Source: a bacterium (GTDB lineage: Bacteria; RBG-13-61-14; DATKZS01). From it: a DNA stretch of 64,000 bases. The translations under genes and the position numbers were made by a program. Each line of letters begins with the position of its first letter. Positions within the stretch are counted from its first letter, which is position 1. This document shows, piece after piece, positions 44,140-52,609 of the stretch. The stretch covers positions 544,001 to 608,000 of the forward strand of contig CAXXFL010000001.1 in assembly GCA_963674965.2 (NCBI GenBank), in the 5' to 3' direction. Below the pieces are notes generated by a model. It worked only from the letters and a program-made list of their open reading frames with translations. It had not been told where the DNA came from and did not search any database.

Positions 44140-44796
44140 ATGAAAACAGAATCGATTGGAGAAAGATTGTATGAGCTCGATTCCCAGGGCTTCCTGTTAA
44201 ACCATGAACAATGGGACGAAGATTTCGCCCGGGAGATGGCCGCCGGCGCGGGAATCAAAGGGGGTCTGACCGATGAGCATTGGGACGTCATTCATTTTAT
44301 AAGGGATTTTTTCGCAAAGGAGGGAAAATGTCCCTTGATTTACGAGGCTTGCCGGAGCAAGGGACTTGCCCTGCACGACCTTAAAAAACTCTTTCCTTCA
44401 GGATACTTAAGGGGCGCTTGCCGCCTGGCGGGAATTTCCTACCGGGAAGGATACGTGAAATACGCTTATCCGAGGGCGGCGTCGGAAAAAGCTCCAACCG
44501 CCAGGTTTGGAAAGGCCTATGAGGTTGATTCTCTTGGGTTTCTTAATGACGCGTCCGAGTGGGACGACCGTTTCGCCGTGCTCCAGGCCCATGAAATGAA
44601 AATCGAAGGCGGACTGACCGGGGAGCACTGGAAGCTGATCGGCTTTCTTCGAGATTATTATAATCGAAACCAGGTGGTCCCCACGGTCTATGAATTCTGC
44701 GAATCCAACCACTTGGAAATAGACGAACTGGAAAAGCTCTTCCCTGGCGGCTACCACCGCTGCGCGGTCAAAATGGCGGGCTTGAAAGCCAGGTAA
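44140..44796 (+). CDS. tandem two-domain DsrC/TusE-family sulfur-relay-like protein
   Basis: Two repeats of D..GFL....W...A......LT.EHW..I.F.R......P....C......L..LFP.GY...A...AG. Confidence 0.88.
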   Translation: MKTESIGERLYELDSQGFLLNHEQWDEDFAREMAAGAGIKGGLTDEHWDVIHFIRDFFAKEGKCPLIYEACRSKGLALHDLKKLFPSGYLRGACRLAGISYREGYVKYAYPRAASEKAPTARFGKAYEVDSLGFLNDASEWDDRFAVLQAHEMKIEGGLTGEHWKLIGFLRDYYNRNQVVPTVYEFCESNHLEIDELEKLFPGGYHRCAVKMAGLKAR

Positions 44797-45031
44797 GCCT
44801 GAAGTTTAGTCTCAAGGGAATGTAAAAAAATCGTCATGGGCGCGCCCGAGGGGGACGGCCGGCCCGGACAATGAAAGAGCGTTTTCTTTACAAAGCGTAA
44901 AAAGATTTTACCGATCGATTCCCGTCTTGGGGCCCATGATCGCGTCTCGAAAGTTTTTCCGATTGCCCGCGCTAGTCTCACGTGATATTCTTAATCTGAA
45001 GATGAACTCCGATGACCATGGCGCGAGAAAA

Positions 45032-45223
45032 ATGGACAGGAAACGCGTCGCGAAATATAAATTATCGGAGCGGCGAGACGACGTTTACGTTCCCGGCGAC
45101 CCGGCCGAGAGGATAGGCCTCGTCTGGCCGCTGACGCGTGAGGCCGCGTCCATGAGCGAGAAGCACGATGTTGAACGAAGACTACAAAGACATGTTACTC
45201 GCCTTATCCGCAAGAAGAGCTGA
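45032..45223 (+). CDS. small hypothetical protein, partner of the downstream nucleotidyltransferase
   Basis: 63 aa (PAERIGLVWPLTREA...RLQRHVTRLIR) overlapping the next gene by 56 nt; start uncertain. Confidence 0.55.
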   Translation: MDRKRVAKYKLSERRDDVYVPGDPAERIGLVWPLTREAASMSEKHDVERRLQRHVTRLIRKKS

Positions 45224-45620
45224 ATTCCTTCTTATCGGGGCCTTCGCCATGGCCGCGCACGGCTATCTTCGGGCCACCTCGGACATGGATATATGGATAC
45301 TGCCTTCACCCGAGAACGCCGACGCCGTCTTGAAAGCAGTAAGCGACTTTGGCGCCCCGCTTGAGTCGCTTACCAAAGAAGACCTTATGGAAGAAGGGAC
45401 CGTCTTTCAAATCGGGGTCTCACCCCGAAGGATCGACGTCCTCACTTCGGCGTCCGGACTCGAATTTAAAAGGACCTATGAACGTTCCATTCCCGTTACC
45501 GTCGAGGGCATCGAGGTACGAGTCCCATCGATCGGCGACCTGATCACAAACAAAAAAGCCACCGGTTGGACCCGGGACCTTGCCGACGCGGAAGTATTGG
45601 AATCCCTTCAAAGGTCGTAA
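45168..45620 (+). CDS. minimal nucleotidyltransferase (Pol-beta superfamily, DUF6036/AbiEii-like)
   Basis: LLIGAFAMAAHG..RATSDMDIW and DLITNKKATG..RDLAD. Confidence 0.8.
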   Translation: MLNEDYKDMLLALSARRAEFLLIGAFAMAAHGYLRATSDMDIWILPSPENADAVLKAVSDFGAPLESLTKEDLMEEGTVFQIGVSPRRIDVLTSASGLEFKRTYERSIPVTVEGIEVRVPSIGDLITNKKATGWTRDLADAEVLESLQRS

Positions 45621-45659
45621 TGTCTTTTCTTTCCCGATAAAAGCTTTAGCTCCGGCGTA

Positions 45660-45867
45660 CGGCGCGGCTTCCAGGCTTTTATTGCGAGGGTCGTTCAAAG
45701 CGCCCCCTTGTATTTGCGGGCCAAATGGATTATTAAAATACGTTAATGCTTTTTCAGGGGATATAGTTTGGGGGGAAGATAATGAAGCGAACCTTGAAGG
45801 ACCTTTTGGCCGACAGGGCGGACAAACTTGGCGATAAGACCTTCCTGTTCTGGGAGGAGGAGGAAAT
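45660..45867 (+). repeat. 208-bp direct repeat, copy 1 (leader and first codons of acyl-CoA synthetase)
   Basis: Aligns to 47338-47544 with 10 substitutions and one 1-nt indel by manual alignment. Confidence 0.95.
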
Positions 45868-45892
45868 TCAGATCTGGGGACAGTACACTTAA
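45782..45892 (+). pseudogene. truncated 5' fragment of the acyl-CoA synthetase
   Basis: MKRTLKDLLADRADKLGDKTFLFWEEEEI, then QIWGQYT* read from the inverted repeat. Confidence 0.85.
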
Positions 45893-46020
45893 TGATTGAA
45901 AATCATCTGGGTTCTCCGACGATGAATATTGATGGAATATTCATAAAGGCCCCCCTGGCCGGGAATTAAGGCAAGATAAGTATGCTGTCCCCAGATCTAA
46001 AGTATGCTGGCCCCAGATCT
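45870..46020. repeat. 22-bp GGGGACAG-type inverted repeats with a tandem extra copy (MITE/REP-like)
   Basis: AGATCTGGGGACAGTACACTTA (45870-45891) pairs with TAAGTATGCTGTCCCCAGATCT (45977-45998), 20/22. Tandem variant AAAGTATGCTGGCCCCAGATCT at 45999-46020. Confidence 0.85.
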
Positions 46021-46023
46021 AAA

Positions 46024-46244
46024 GTAACCCACATAGCTCCGCTATGTGGGCGACCGAAGGGAGCAGGTCAGCGAGTATGGCTTTATTACGCGCCCCGCGA
46101 CCTTATTATTTCTAAGAATAACAGCGGGAGAAAGGTAGGCGCGCCCATTCTTAGTACCACGCGACCTGCTCGCTATGCTCGCCCACATAGCGGAGCTATG
46201 TGGGTTACGCCGGAGGGCACGCCCCTGAGGGCAATGTGGGTTAC
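46024..46244. repeat. REP-like palindromes arranged as an inverted doublet (REPIN-like)
   Basis: GTAACCCACATAGCTCCGCTATGTGGGCG (46024-46052) and its exact reverse complement (46180-46208). Inner arms GAGCAGGTC/GACCTGCTC; partial third copy ATGTGGGTTAC (46234-46244). Confidence 0.85.
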
Positions 46245-46275
46245 CTGTTGCATAAGACCGAGGGGAGGAGGTCAT

Positions 46276-46971
46276 ATGAAATTTGAGATTGAACTACAGC
46301 ATAGAAATGTCCCCGATGAAGAGCTTATCGAAGACCTGCAAAAGGTGGCTCAAAGAACCGGCAGAAATACTGTGACAAGGGCCGAATACGCAAGGCTGGG
46401 CAAGTATCATCCCAACACACTGATTAGGCGATTTGGTTCGTGGTTCAAAGTATTAGAAATGGCTGGCCTTGAGGATAGCCGTTCGAGATTTAACATTAAC
46501 GACGAGGAGCTTTTCGATAATATCAAAGATGTTTGGATTTCTTTGGGAAGACAACCCAAGAGAGAGGAAATTAAAAGCTCACTCTCAAAGTATTCACCAT
46601 CGCCATATGAAAGAAGATTTGGATCTTGGACGAAAGCATTGAAGGCATTCATCGAGTACATAAATGATGAAAGTGCGGAGATGGCGCAGCAGGAGGATGA
46701 GCACGATTCGGAATCGGCTCATCAAGATTCTGAAAGAGTGCCCAAACGGAGGAGCAATCGCAACATATCCGAAAGACTTCGCTTCTCAATCTTGCTTCGA
46801 GACGGTTTCAGGTGTCAATCGTGCGGCAGCAGCCCGTTAAAGTCCGCGGGAGTAGAATTACATGTTGACCATATTATTCCTTGGTCAAAAGGAGGCGAGA
46901 CCGTCCCCGAGAACCTCCAAACCAAGTGCCAAAGATGCAATTTGGGCAAGGGCAACGCATTTGATAAATAG
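46276..46971 (+). CDS. HNH endonuclease with two N-terminal homing-endonuclease-associated repeats
   Basis: Two DEEL...RRFGSW repeats, then LRFSILLRDGFRCQSCG...LHVDHIIPWSKGG...NLQTKCQRCN; GGAGGAGG SD; AT-rich. Confidence 0.92.
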   Translation: MKFEIELQHRNVPDEELIEDLQKVAQRTGRNTVTRAEYARLGKYHPNTLIRRFGSWFKVLEMAGLEDSRSRFNINDEELFDNIKDVWISLGRQPKREEIKSSLSKYSPSPYERRFGSWTKALKAFIEYINDESAEMAQQEDEHDSESAHQDSERVPKRRSNRNISERLRFSILLRDGFRCQSCGSSPLKSAGVELHVDHIIPWSKGGETVPENLQTKCQRCNLGKGNAFDK

Positions 46972-47025
46972 GCCGGTAACCCGTCATTTGCTTGACTATA
47001 CGTAACCTAAGCGTAATGAGGGTCT

Positions 47026-47130
47026 GGCCGTTTCAACGGCCTTCCGAGCATGGCGAGTTCTAGGCCCGCGCTTCAGCGCGGGTTGACGGCCGCCCCGAAA
47101 TATTTTTCCGGGAGCGCGTTTCAACGCGCT
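47026..47130. repeat. three short palindromes with TTTCAA/CTTCAG centres (REP-like)
   Basis: GGCCGTTTCAACGGCC (47026-47041), CCCGCGCTTCAGCGCGGG (47065-47082), AGCGCGTTTCAACGCGCT (47113-47130). Confidence 0.7.
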
Positions 47131-47337
47131 TCTCACGATAATGGATTTATCCGGGGAACGGAGCAAGGAGCGCCGCAGGGTGGCCCATCTATGAGCAAGC
47201 TTGTCAAGTCGGGTACGGGATTTATCACGGGTTAACTCAACCATCTATTCGGCGTCGCCCATTGACGCGCCATACTTTTTTTTCGAAACCCGGCCTCAGT
47301 CATGCGGACGGCGTCGCAATGCGCCAGGGCCACCCTG

Positions 47338-47544
47338 CGGCGCGGCTTCCCGGCTCCTATTGCGAGGGTCGTTCAAAGCGCCCCCTTGTATTTGCGGGCC
47401 AAATGGATTATTAAAATACGTTAATGCTTTTTCAGGGGATATGGTTAGGGGGAAGATAATGAAGCGAACCTTGAAGGCCCTTTTGGCCGACAGGGCGGAC
47501 AAACTTGGCGATAAGACCTTTTTATTCTGGGAGGATGAGGAAAT
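47338..47544 (+). repeat. 208-bp direct repeat, copy 2
   Basis: Matches 45660-45867; this copy continues into the intact gene. Confidence 0.95.
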
Positions 47545-48982
47545 ATCCTACGCCAAGCTTTATTCCGTCGCTCGCGCCATAGCCTCGAGTCTTTGTCTTC
47601 GCGGAATCGAAAAGAACGACAAGGTCTGCGTCTGGTCCTATAACCGGCCCGAATACGCCTATATAAACTTCGGCTGCGCCTTTGCGGGAGCGGTGCTGGT
47701 CCCCATCAACACGCAGTTCAAGGAAAAGGAAGCCGAGTACATCATCCGAAACAGCGAGGCCAAGGTCCTGGTAACGGAGCCTCGGTTCATGGGACTGGTC
47801 GAAAAAATCCGGCCCTACTGCCCCGGTCTCGAGCGGGTGATCGTCTTTGACGACTCTTTCCCCGACTGCGAGCGTTTCATGGACCTTTACAACCCCGAGG
47901 AAATGGTCGAGCGGGAAATCGAGGAAGACGACGTGGCCGGCATAATATATACCTCCGGTACCACGGGGCATCCCAAGGGGGTCGTCTTGACTCACTCGAA
48001 CTACGTGTTCAATTCCTGGGAGTTGACCGAGGCGGCCAAGATGAATGAGGACGACCGGTTCATGTGCATCCTCCCTCTGTTCCACGTGAACGGCCAGGTT
48101 GTCACCCTTTACGCTCCCATGTACGCGGGCGGCTCGATGGTGCTTCTTTCGCGCTTTTCGCCCAAGGACTTTCTTCCCAAGCTCGAGCGCTACAAGGCCA
48201 CGGCCTTTTCGGGCGTTCCCACCGTCTACGCCATCTTGAACAACCTGCCCGACGCGGAGGACTACAACCTTTCCCGGCTCCGGTTTTGCCTTTGCGGCGC
48301 GGCGCCCATGCCCGTCGAGGTTTTCGAGACCTTCGAGCGAAAATACCACGCCTACATCCTCGAGGGCTACGGCCTCTCGGAGGCAACCTGCGCCAGCTCC
48401 CTCAACCCGCTCGACGGGGCCCGCAAGATCGGGTCGATCGGACTGCCCATTTCCGGGCAGGAGATGAAGGTGGTCGACGACGAGGGCCTCGAGGTCCCGA
48501 CCGGGTCCATCGGCGAGATAGTGGTCAAGGGCGACAACGTCATGCGCGAGTACTACCGGGACGAGGCGGCCACGGCCGAGACCCTTCGCGACGGCTGGCT
48601 CCATACCGGCGACCTCGCCCGCCGGGACAAGGACGGCTACTTCTTCATCGTGGGCCGGAAAAAAGAGATGATCATCCGGGGCGGCGAGAACATCTACCCG
48701 CGCGAGATCGAGGACGTCCTTGCCACGCACCCTTCCGTGCGGGACGTGGCCGTGGTGGGCATCCCCGACAAGATTTGGGGAGAGGAAGTGGCGGCCTTCG
48801 TGGTCAACTCCGACGGGTCCACCATGAAGGAGACCGAGGTCATGGAGTACTGTAAGGACAAGCTGGCCAACTACAAGTGCCCCAGGATGGTCTTCTTCTG
48901 GGACTCCCTGCCCAAAACCGCCAACGGCAAAATCAGAAAAAACCTGATCGTCGACGAATACGTGAGCCAGAGGAAAGGATGA
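47459..48982 (+). CDS. long-chain acyl-CoA synthetase (AMP-binding, FadD/CaiC-like)
   Basis: YTSGTTGHPKG, EGYGLSE, WLHTGD, GRKKEMIIRGGENIYP, PKTANGKI. Confidence 0.93.
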   Translation: MKRTLKALLADRADKLGDKTFLFWEDEEISYAKLYSVARAIASSLCLRGIEKNDKVCVWSYNRPEYAYINFGCAFAGAVLVPINTQFKEKEAEYIIRNSEAKVLVTEPRFMGLVEKIRPYCPGLERVIVFDDSFPDCERFMDLYNPEEMVEREIEEDDVAGIIYTSGTTGHPKGVVLTHSNYVFNSWELTEAAKMNEDDRFMCILPLFHVNGQVVTLYAPMYAGGSMVLLSRFSPKDFLPKLERYKATAFSGVPTVYAILNNLPDAEDYNLSRLRFCLCGAAPMPVEVFETFERKYHAYILEGYGLSEATCASSLNPLDGARKIGSIGLPISGQEMKVVDDEGLEVPTGSIGEIVVKGDNVMREYYRDEAATAETLRDGWLHTGDLARRDKDGYFFIVGRKKEMIIRGGENIYPREIEDVLATHPSVRDVAVVGIPDKIWGEEVAAFVVNSDGSTMKETEVMEYCKDKLANYKCPRMVFFWDSLPKTANGKIRKNLIVDEYVSQRKG

Positions 48983-49049
48983 CGACCTCCTTTCCAGGGG
49001 CGCGCCCATGCCGTTGGGCGCCGGCCCCCCTTGTGATAATCTGGACCGG

Positions 49050-51806
49050 ATGAGACCGACCGAACATACGAGCGTCTCCTTAAAAATCGACGGCGCCTAC
49101 CTGGCCGTCCTTCTCCTCTTGACCGCGGCCCTTTTCCTTCCCCAGCTTATCACGGGCCAAACCGCCGTGGACGACCCCGACAAGATGGACGTGACCATCC
49201 AATGGGCCCCCGGCCGGTATCCCATCGCCGAGGCCTATCGGGACGGCTACTTCCCCCTTTGGACGGAGGACCTTTTCATGGGCATGCCCTGGGTCGCCTA
49301 TACCCACGGCTCGACCATGGACCCCGTGCCCACCAGCTTTTTCGTTTTCCTCGACTATTTTGACGCCGCCACCATGGCCATGACGCTTCACTTCCTGATC
49401 ATGGCGGCGGGATGTTTTTTCATGCTCCGCCTGTTTCGAGTTTCCTCCCGCTCCGCTTTTTTGGGCGCTCTTGTATGGACCCACTCGGGCATGTGCTTTT
49501 ATCTTGTCAACCAGTTCTCGAACCCCTTCAGCGCGGCCTGGTTCCCCTGGATGATCGCCTCCTTAATCGCGCTTTACGACCGCCGCTGCATCGGGCGCTT
49601 CCTGGCCCTGGCGATTACCCTCTCCCTGGCCGTGCTGGGAGGGGACGTGGAGGCCGTGGTCTACGCCCTTATGCTGCTCGGGAGCCTGGCCGTTTTTTAC
49701 CTGCCCGCGCGGGGAGGAGGAAATATCGCTCGAACATCGGCCCTGGCGGTCCTCGCCCTGGGCTTGTGCTTTTTGGTCGTCCAGGCCCAGGCCGTGCCCG
49801 TGCTCGAGCTGACGAGACTATCCATACGGTCGCCCGAGTCGGCGGTGCAAGTTTCTTTCTCAGCCCAGGTAAAGGGCTGGCACGCCTTCATGCCCCAGCT
49901 TCTGGCGCCCTTTGCATATTACGGAAAAATCCGGTCCATGGCCGACTTCAACTCGGGCCTGACCCCTTTCTATATGGGGATTATTCCCATATTGCTCGCG
50001 GCCTACTCCCTGAAAAGAATCAGGGCCGACCGGGAAGTCAAGGCCCTGGCCGTTACCGGCGCGGCCCTTCTCGGCTACCTCTTCCTCATGAGTCTGGGTC
50101 CTCTCGAGCCCGTCACCTCGCGCCTTCCCCTCCTTTCCAAGCTGGCTTCCCGAGCCAGGATGATGCAGGAGGTGCAGCTCGTGATAGTCGTCCTCTTCGC
50201 CTTGGAACTGGACAAGATCGACTTTACAAAACTCGGCGCGCGCCTCGCCTGGGGCCTTATCGGCGTCGGCATCTTCACCGCCCTGGCGGCGCCCTTTTGC
50301 GTGGCCATACCGGCCCGGGCGGCCTTGGCAGCGGCGGCGTGTCTTTCCGGCGTCGCCATATTGTTCGGAGCGAAAAAGGGACTCGCGATAAAACACGGCG
50401 CCAATCTGATCGCGCTTTGCGTCATCCTGGACGTGACATTACTCGCGCTTTTCTGCGTTCCTCGAAACGACAAGGAAGACTTTAGGCTCGAGGAGGGCGC
50501 GGCTAAATACCTGAATAAGAACGCCAGGGAGGGCGACAGGTTCCTGGCTTTCAACAAGCTTCTGGGAGACGGCCCGAACCTTCCCGACCTCACCGGCGGC
50601 GCGCTGATGGAAACCTCGATCGAGTCTCCCGTCGGCTTCATGCGGCTACCCATGCACCGGTCCTTCGAGTTTCTCGCCCTGAGTAACCCCGGCATCCTGA
50701 AAAGCGACGCGGAAATTTTCCTGGGACAGGCCGGCGAGGACCGGACCATGGACATCTTCGCCATGACCAACCCCGACCTGATCGAGCCGCGCTACTTGAG
50801 GCTCATGAACCTCATCGGCGTACGTTATTACATCGTCCGAGACCTTGCCCTCAAGTTCTCGGACCGGGTACCCCTTTTATGTCCCAACGGGGTCCCGGGA
50901 AGCGATTGGACCGGCGGCGGCCGTTACCGGATCGAGATGAGGGGGGCCGGATCCTCGCGCCGCCTTGTAACCAGCCTGCCTTATAAAATGGATTTCCAGT
51001 CCTACGTCTTCCCGGGGGGCGAGCTGACTTTTACCGTACGACCTAAAAACCCCACGCGGGCTTCCTTGGACTTGTCGATCCATAACGCGGATGAAGGACC
51101 GTCCTGGAAGATGGAGAAGTCCTATGCGTTAACGGGCAGTGAGCTGAACGTGTCCATTCCCCTCGGCGATACGGGAAGACTGGTGAGTTTCGAGCTCAGC
51201 TTCATGGGAGACGGCGAGATTGAAATCTCGGACGCCACGATCGCGAGGCCGAACATGCCTCTCAAATTGATGGAAACCGGGGGCGTGGATATATACGTTA
51301 ACGACGACTCCATGCCCCGGGCCTATGTGGCTCATAAGGTAAGGGTCGCCCGAAACGAGGCCGCTCGGGCCTTTATTACCGACCCGGCCTCGGATTTGCG
51401 CGGGACCATCCTCCTCGAAAAGGAGGACGAGACCATCAAGCTGGTCAGGAAACTGGGCAAGGACTCCCCCCCGGCGAGGCGTATCGAAAAAGTCGAGTAC
51501 AAAAAAGGACACGACCGCGTCGAGCTTCACGCCCGCCTTTTATCGCCCGGCTACCTATTCCTGTCCGACGCCTACGCCCCGGGCTGGAGGGCCAGGGCAA
51601 ACGGCCTCGAGACGAAAATACTTCGCGCCGACCTCGCCTTCCGCTCCCTGTTCCTCCCCGAGGGCGACCACCGGATAGTAATGACCTACGAGCCCTATAG
51701 CTTCCGTATTGGACTAATGGCCACCCTGGCGTCCGTCCTGTTTCTTGTCCTGGCGGGTGGGTATGCGGCGGCAAGAAATCGTGGGCTAATATCGCGAGTT
51801 TCTTGA
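49050..51806 (+). CDS. YfhO-family multi-pass membrane protein (GT-C-like glycosyltransferase)
   Basis: PLW....MGMP motif, many TM segments, C-terminal LSDAYAPGWRA..NG...RADLAFRSL.LPEGDH.I...YEP plus a final TM helix. Start may be 49008. Confidence 0.85.
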   Translation: MRPTEHTSVSLKIDGAYLAVLLLLTAALFLPQLITGQTAVDDPDKMDVTIQWAPGRYPIAEAYRDGYFPLWTEDLFMGMPWVAYTHGSTMDPVPTSFFVFLDYFDAATMAMTLHFLIMAAGCFFMLRLFRVSSRSAFLGALVWTHSGMCFYLVNQFSNPFSAAWFPWMIASLIALYDRRCIGRFLALAITLSLAVLGGDVEAVVYALMLLGSLAVFYLPARGGGNIARTSALAVLALGLCFLVVQAQAVPVLELTRLSIRSPESAVQVSFSAQVKGWHAFMPQLLAPFAYYGKIRSMADFNSGLTPFYMGIIPILLAAYSLKRIRADREVKALAVTGAALLGYLFLMSLGPLEPVTSRLPLLSKLASRARMMQEVQLVIVVLFALELDKIDFTKLGARLAWGLIGVGIFTALAAPFCVAIPARAALAAAACLSGVAILFGAKKGLAIKHGANLIALCVILDVTLLALFCVPRNDKEDFRLEEGAAKYLNKNAREGDRFLAFNKLLGDGPNLPDLTGGALMETSIESPVGFMRLPMHRSFEFLALSNPGILKSDAEIFLGQAGEDRTMDIFAMTNPDLIEPRYLRLMNLIGVRYYIVRDLALKFSDRVPLLCPNGVPGSDWTGGGRYRIEMRGAGSSRRLVTSLPYKMDFQSYVFPGGELTFTVRPKNPTRASLDLSIHNADEGPSWKMEKSYALTGSELNVSIPLGDTGRLVSFELSFMGDGEIEISDATIARPNMPLKLMETGGVDIYVNDDSMPRAYVAHKVRVARNEAARAFITDPASDLRGTILLEKEDETIKLVRKLGKDSPPARRIEKVEYKKGHDRVELHARLLSPGYLFLSDAYAPGWRARANGLETKILRADLAFRSLFLPEGDHRIVMTYEPYSFRIGLMATLASVLFLVLAGGYAAARNRGLISRVS

Positions 51807-51995
51807 AGGCTTCAAATTTTGGAGATTTCATCTTTTGATGATTTAATTTCAGCATGATTGGCTCGGAGGACTGAGGGCATGGGGAAAGGAAAGTATTCAT
51901 AAAGTGAGAAATAGCCGAAAGAACACGCGGGCGCCTCTACTGTATTTCCAGAGGCAACGTTACTGAAGAGCTATTTTATTAAAGATGAGAGTATC

Positions 51996-52565
51996 ATGAG
52001 AAATGTCCCATTTAATCATTGGGCCAAAGATAAGTTTAAATTCCTTCTTGACGAGTATGGATTTGAAATAAGTATCGATGAACAATATAAAGTTCAATAT
52101 CTTAATGAATATATGGCAATATTGATCCGCCATCATCGTTATTCATATGAAATTTCCTTAACGGCCATCATGAATATCGATGGGAAAAAACGACTATTTC
52201 CTTTACCGTGCATATTACATGGCCTTTTAGGAAAAACTCATCAGGAGCGATCATTCTATCAAGCCGTGGACGAAAAGGATATTGTTTTCTGTCTGGAAAA
52301 TATTTCAAGATTAGTGAAGAATTATTTTCCTCCTCTAATACGCTTTGATAAAGACGCGATATCCTCTATCGAGGAAGCTCGTTTTGAGATCGTAAAAGAA
52401 ACTGTTTATCAACTCGCCGTCGTGCCCGTTAAAGGAAGGGCCCTCGAAGCCTGGAGGAACAAGGAATATAATAAAGTTGTATCTCTTTATGAATCCATTC
52501 AAGAGCATTTATCTGACACGGAAGCCAAAAGATTACTATATGCCAGGAAAATCATTGAAAACTAA
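51996..52565 (+). CDS. hypothetical protein (AT-rich orphan)
   Basis: 189-aa ORF filling an AT-rich segment; no recognisable motif. Confidence 0.65.
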   Translation: MRNVPFNHWAKDKFKFLLDEYGFEISIDEQYKVQYLNEYMAILIRHHRYSYEISLTAIMNIDGKKRLFPLPCILHGLLGKTHQERSFYQAVDEKDIVFCLENISRLVKNYFPPLIRFDKDAISSIEEARFEIVKETVYQLAVVPVKGRALEAWRNKEYNKVVSLYESIQEHLSDTEAKRLLYARKIIEN

Positions 52566-52609
52566 TCTATGGATAAGCGCCAAAGTACTTTCCTGACCTT
52601 TGATAAATA

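Noticed and set aside
43883-44140. 85-aa ORF in the AT-rich spacer
   Set aside because: No SD or motif; it overlaps the divergent promoter region.
45870-46244. CRISPR array
   Set aside because: The repeats are inverted or directly tandem, with no regular unique spacers and no cas genes.
46276-47337. IscB/HEARO (OMEGA) system or integron cassette
   Set aside because: The HNH protein lacks PLMP and RuvC motifs. No convincing attC (RYYYAAC...GTTRRRY with paired arms) and no integrase were seen.
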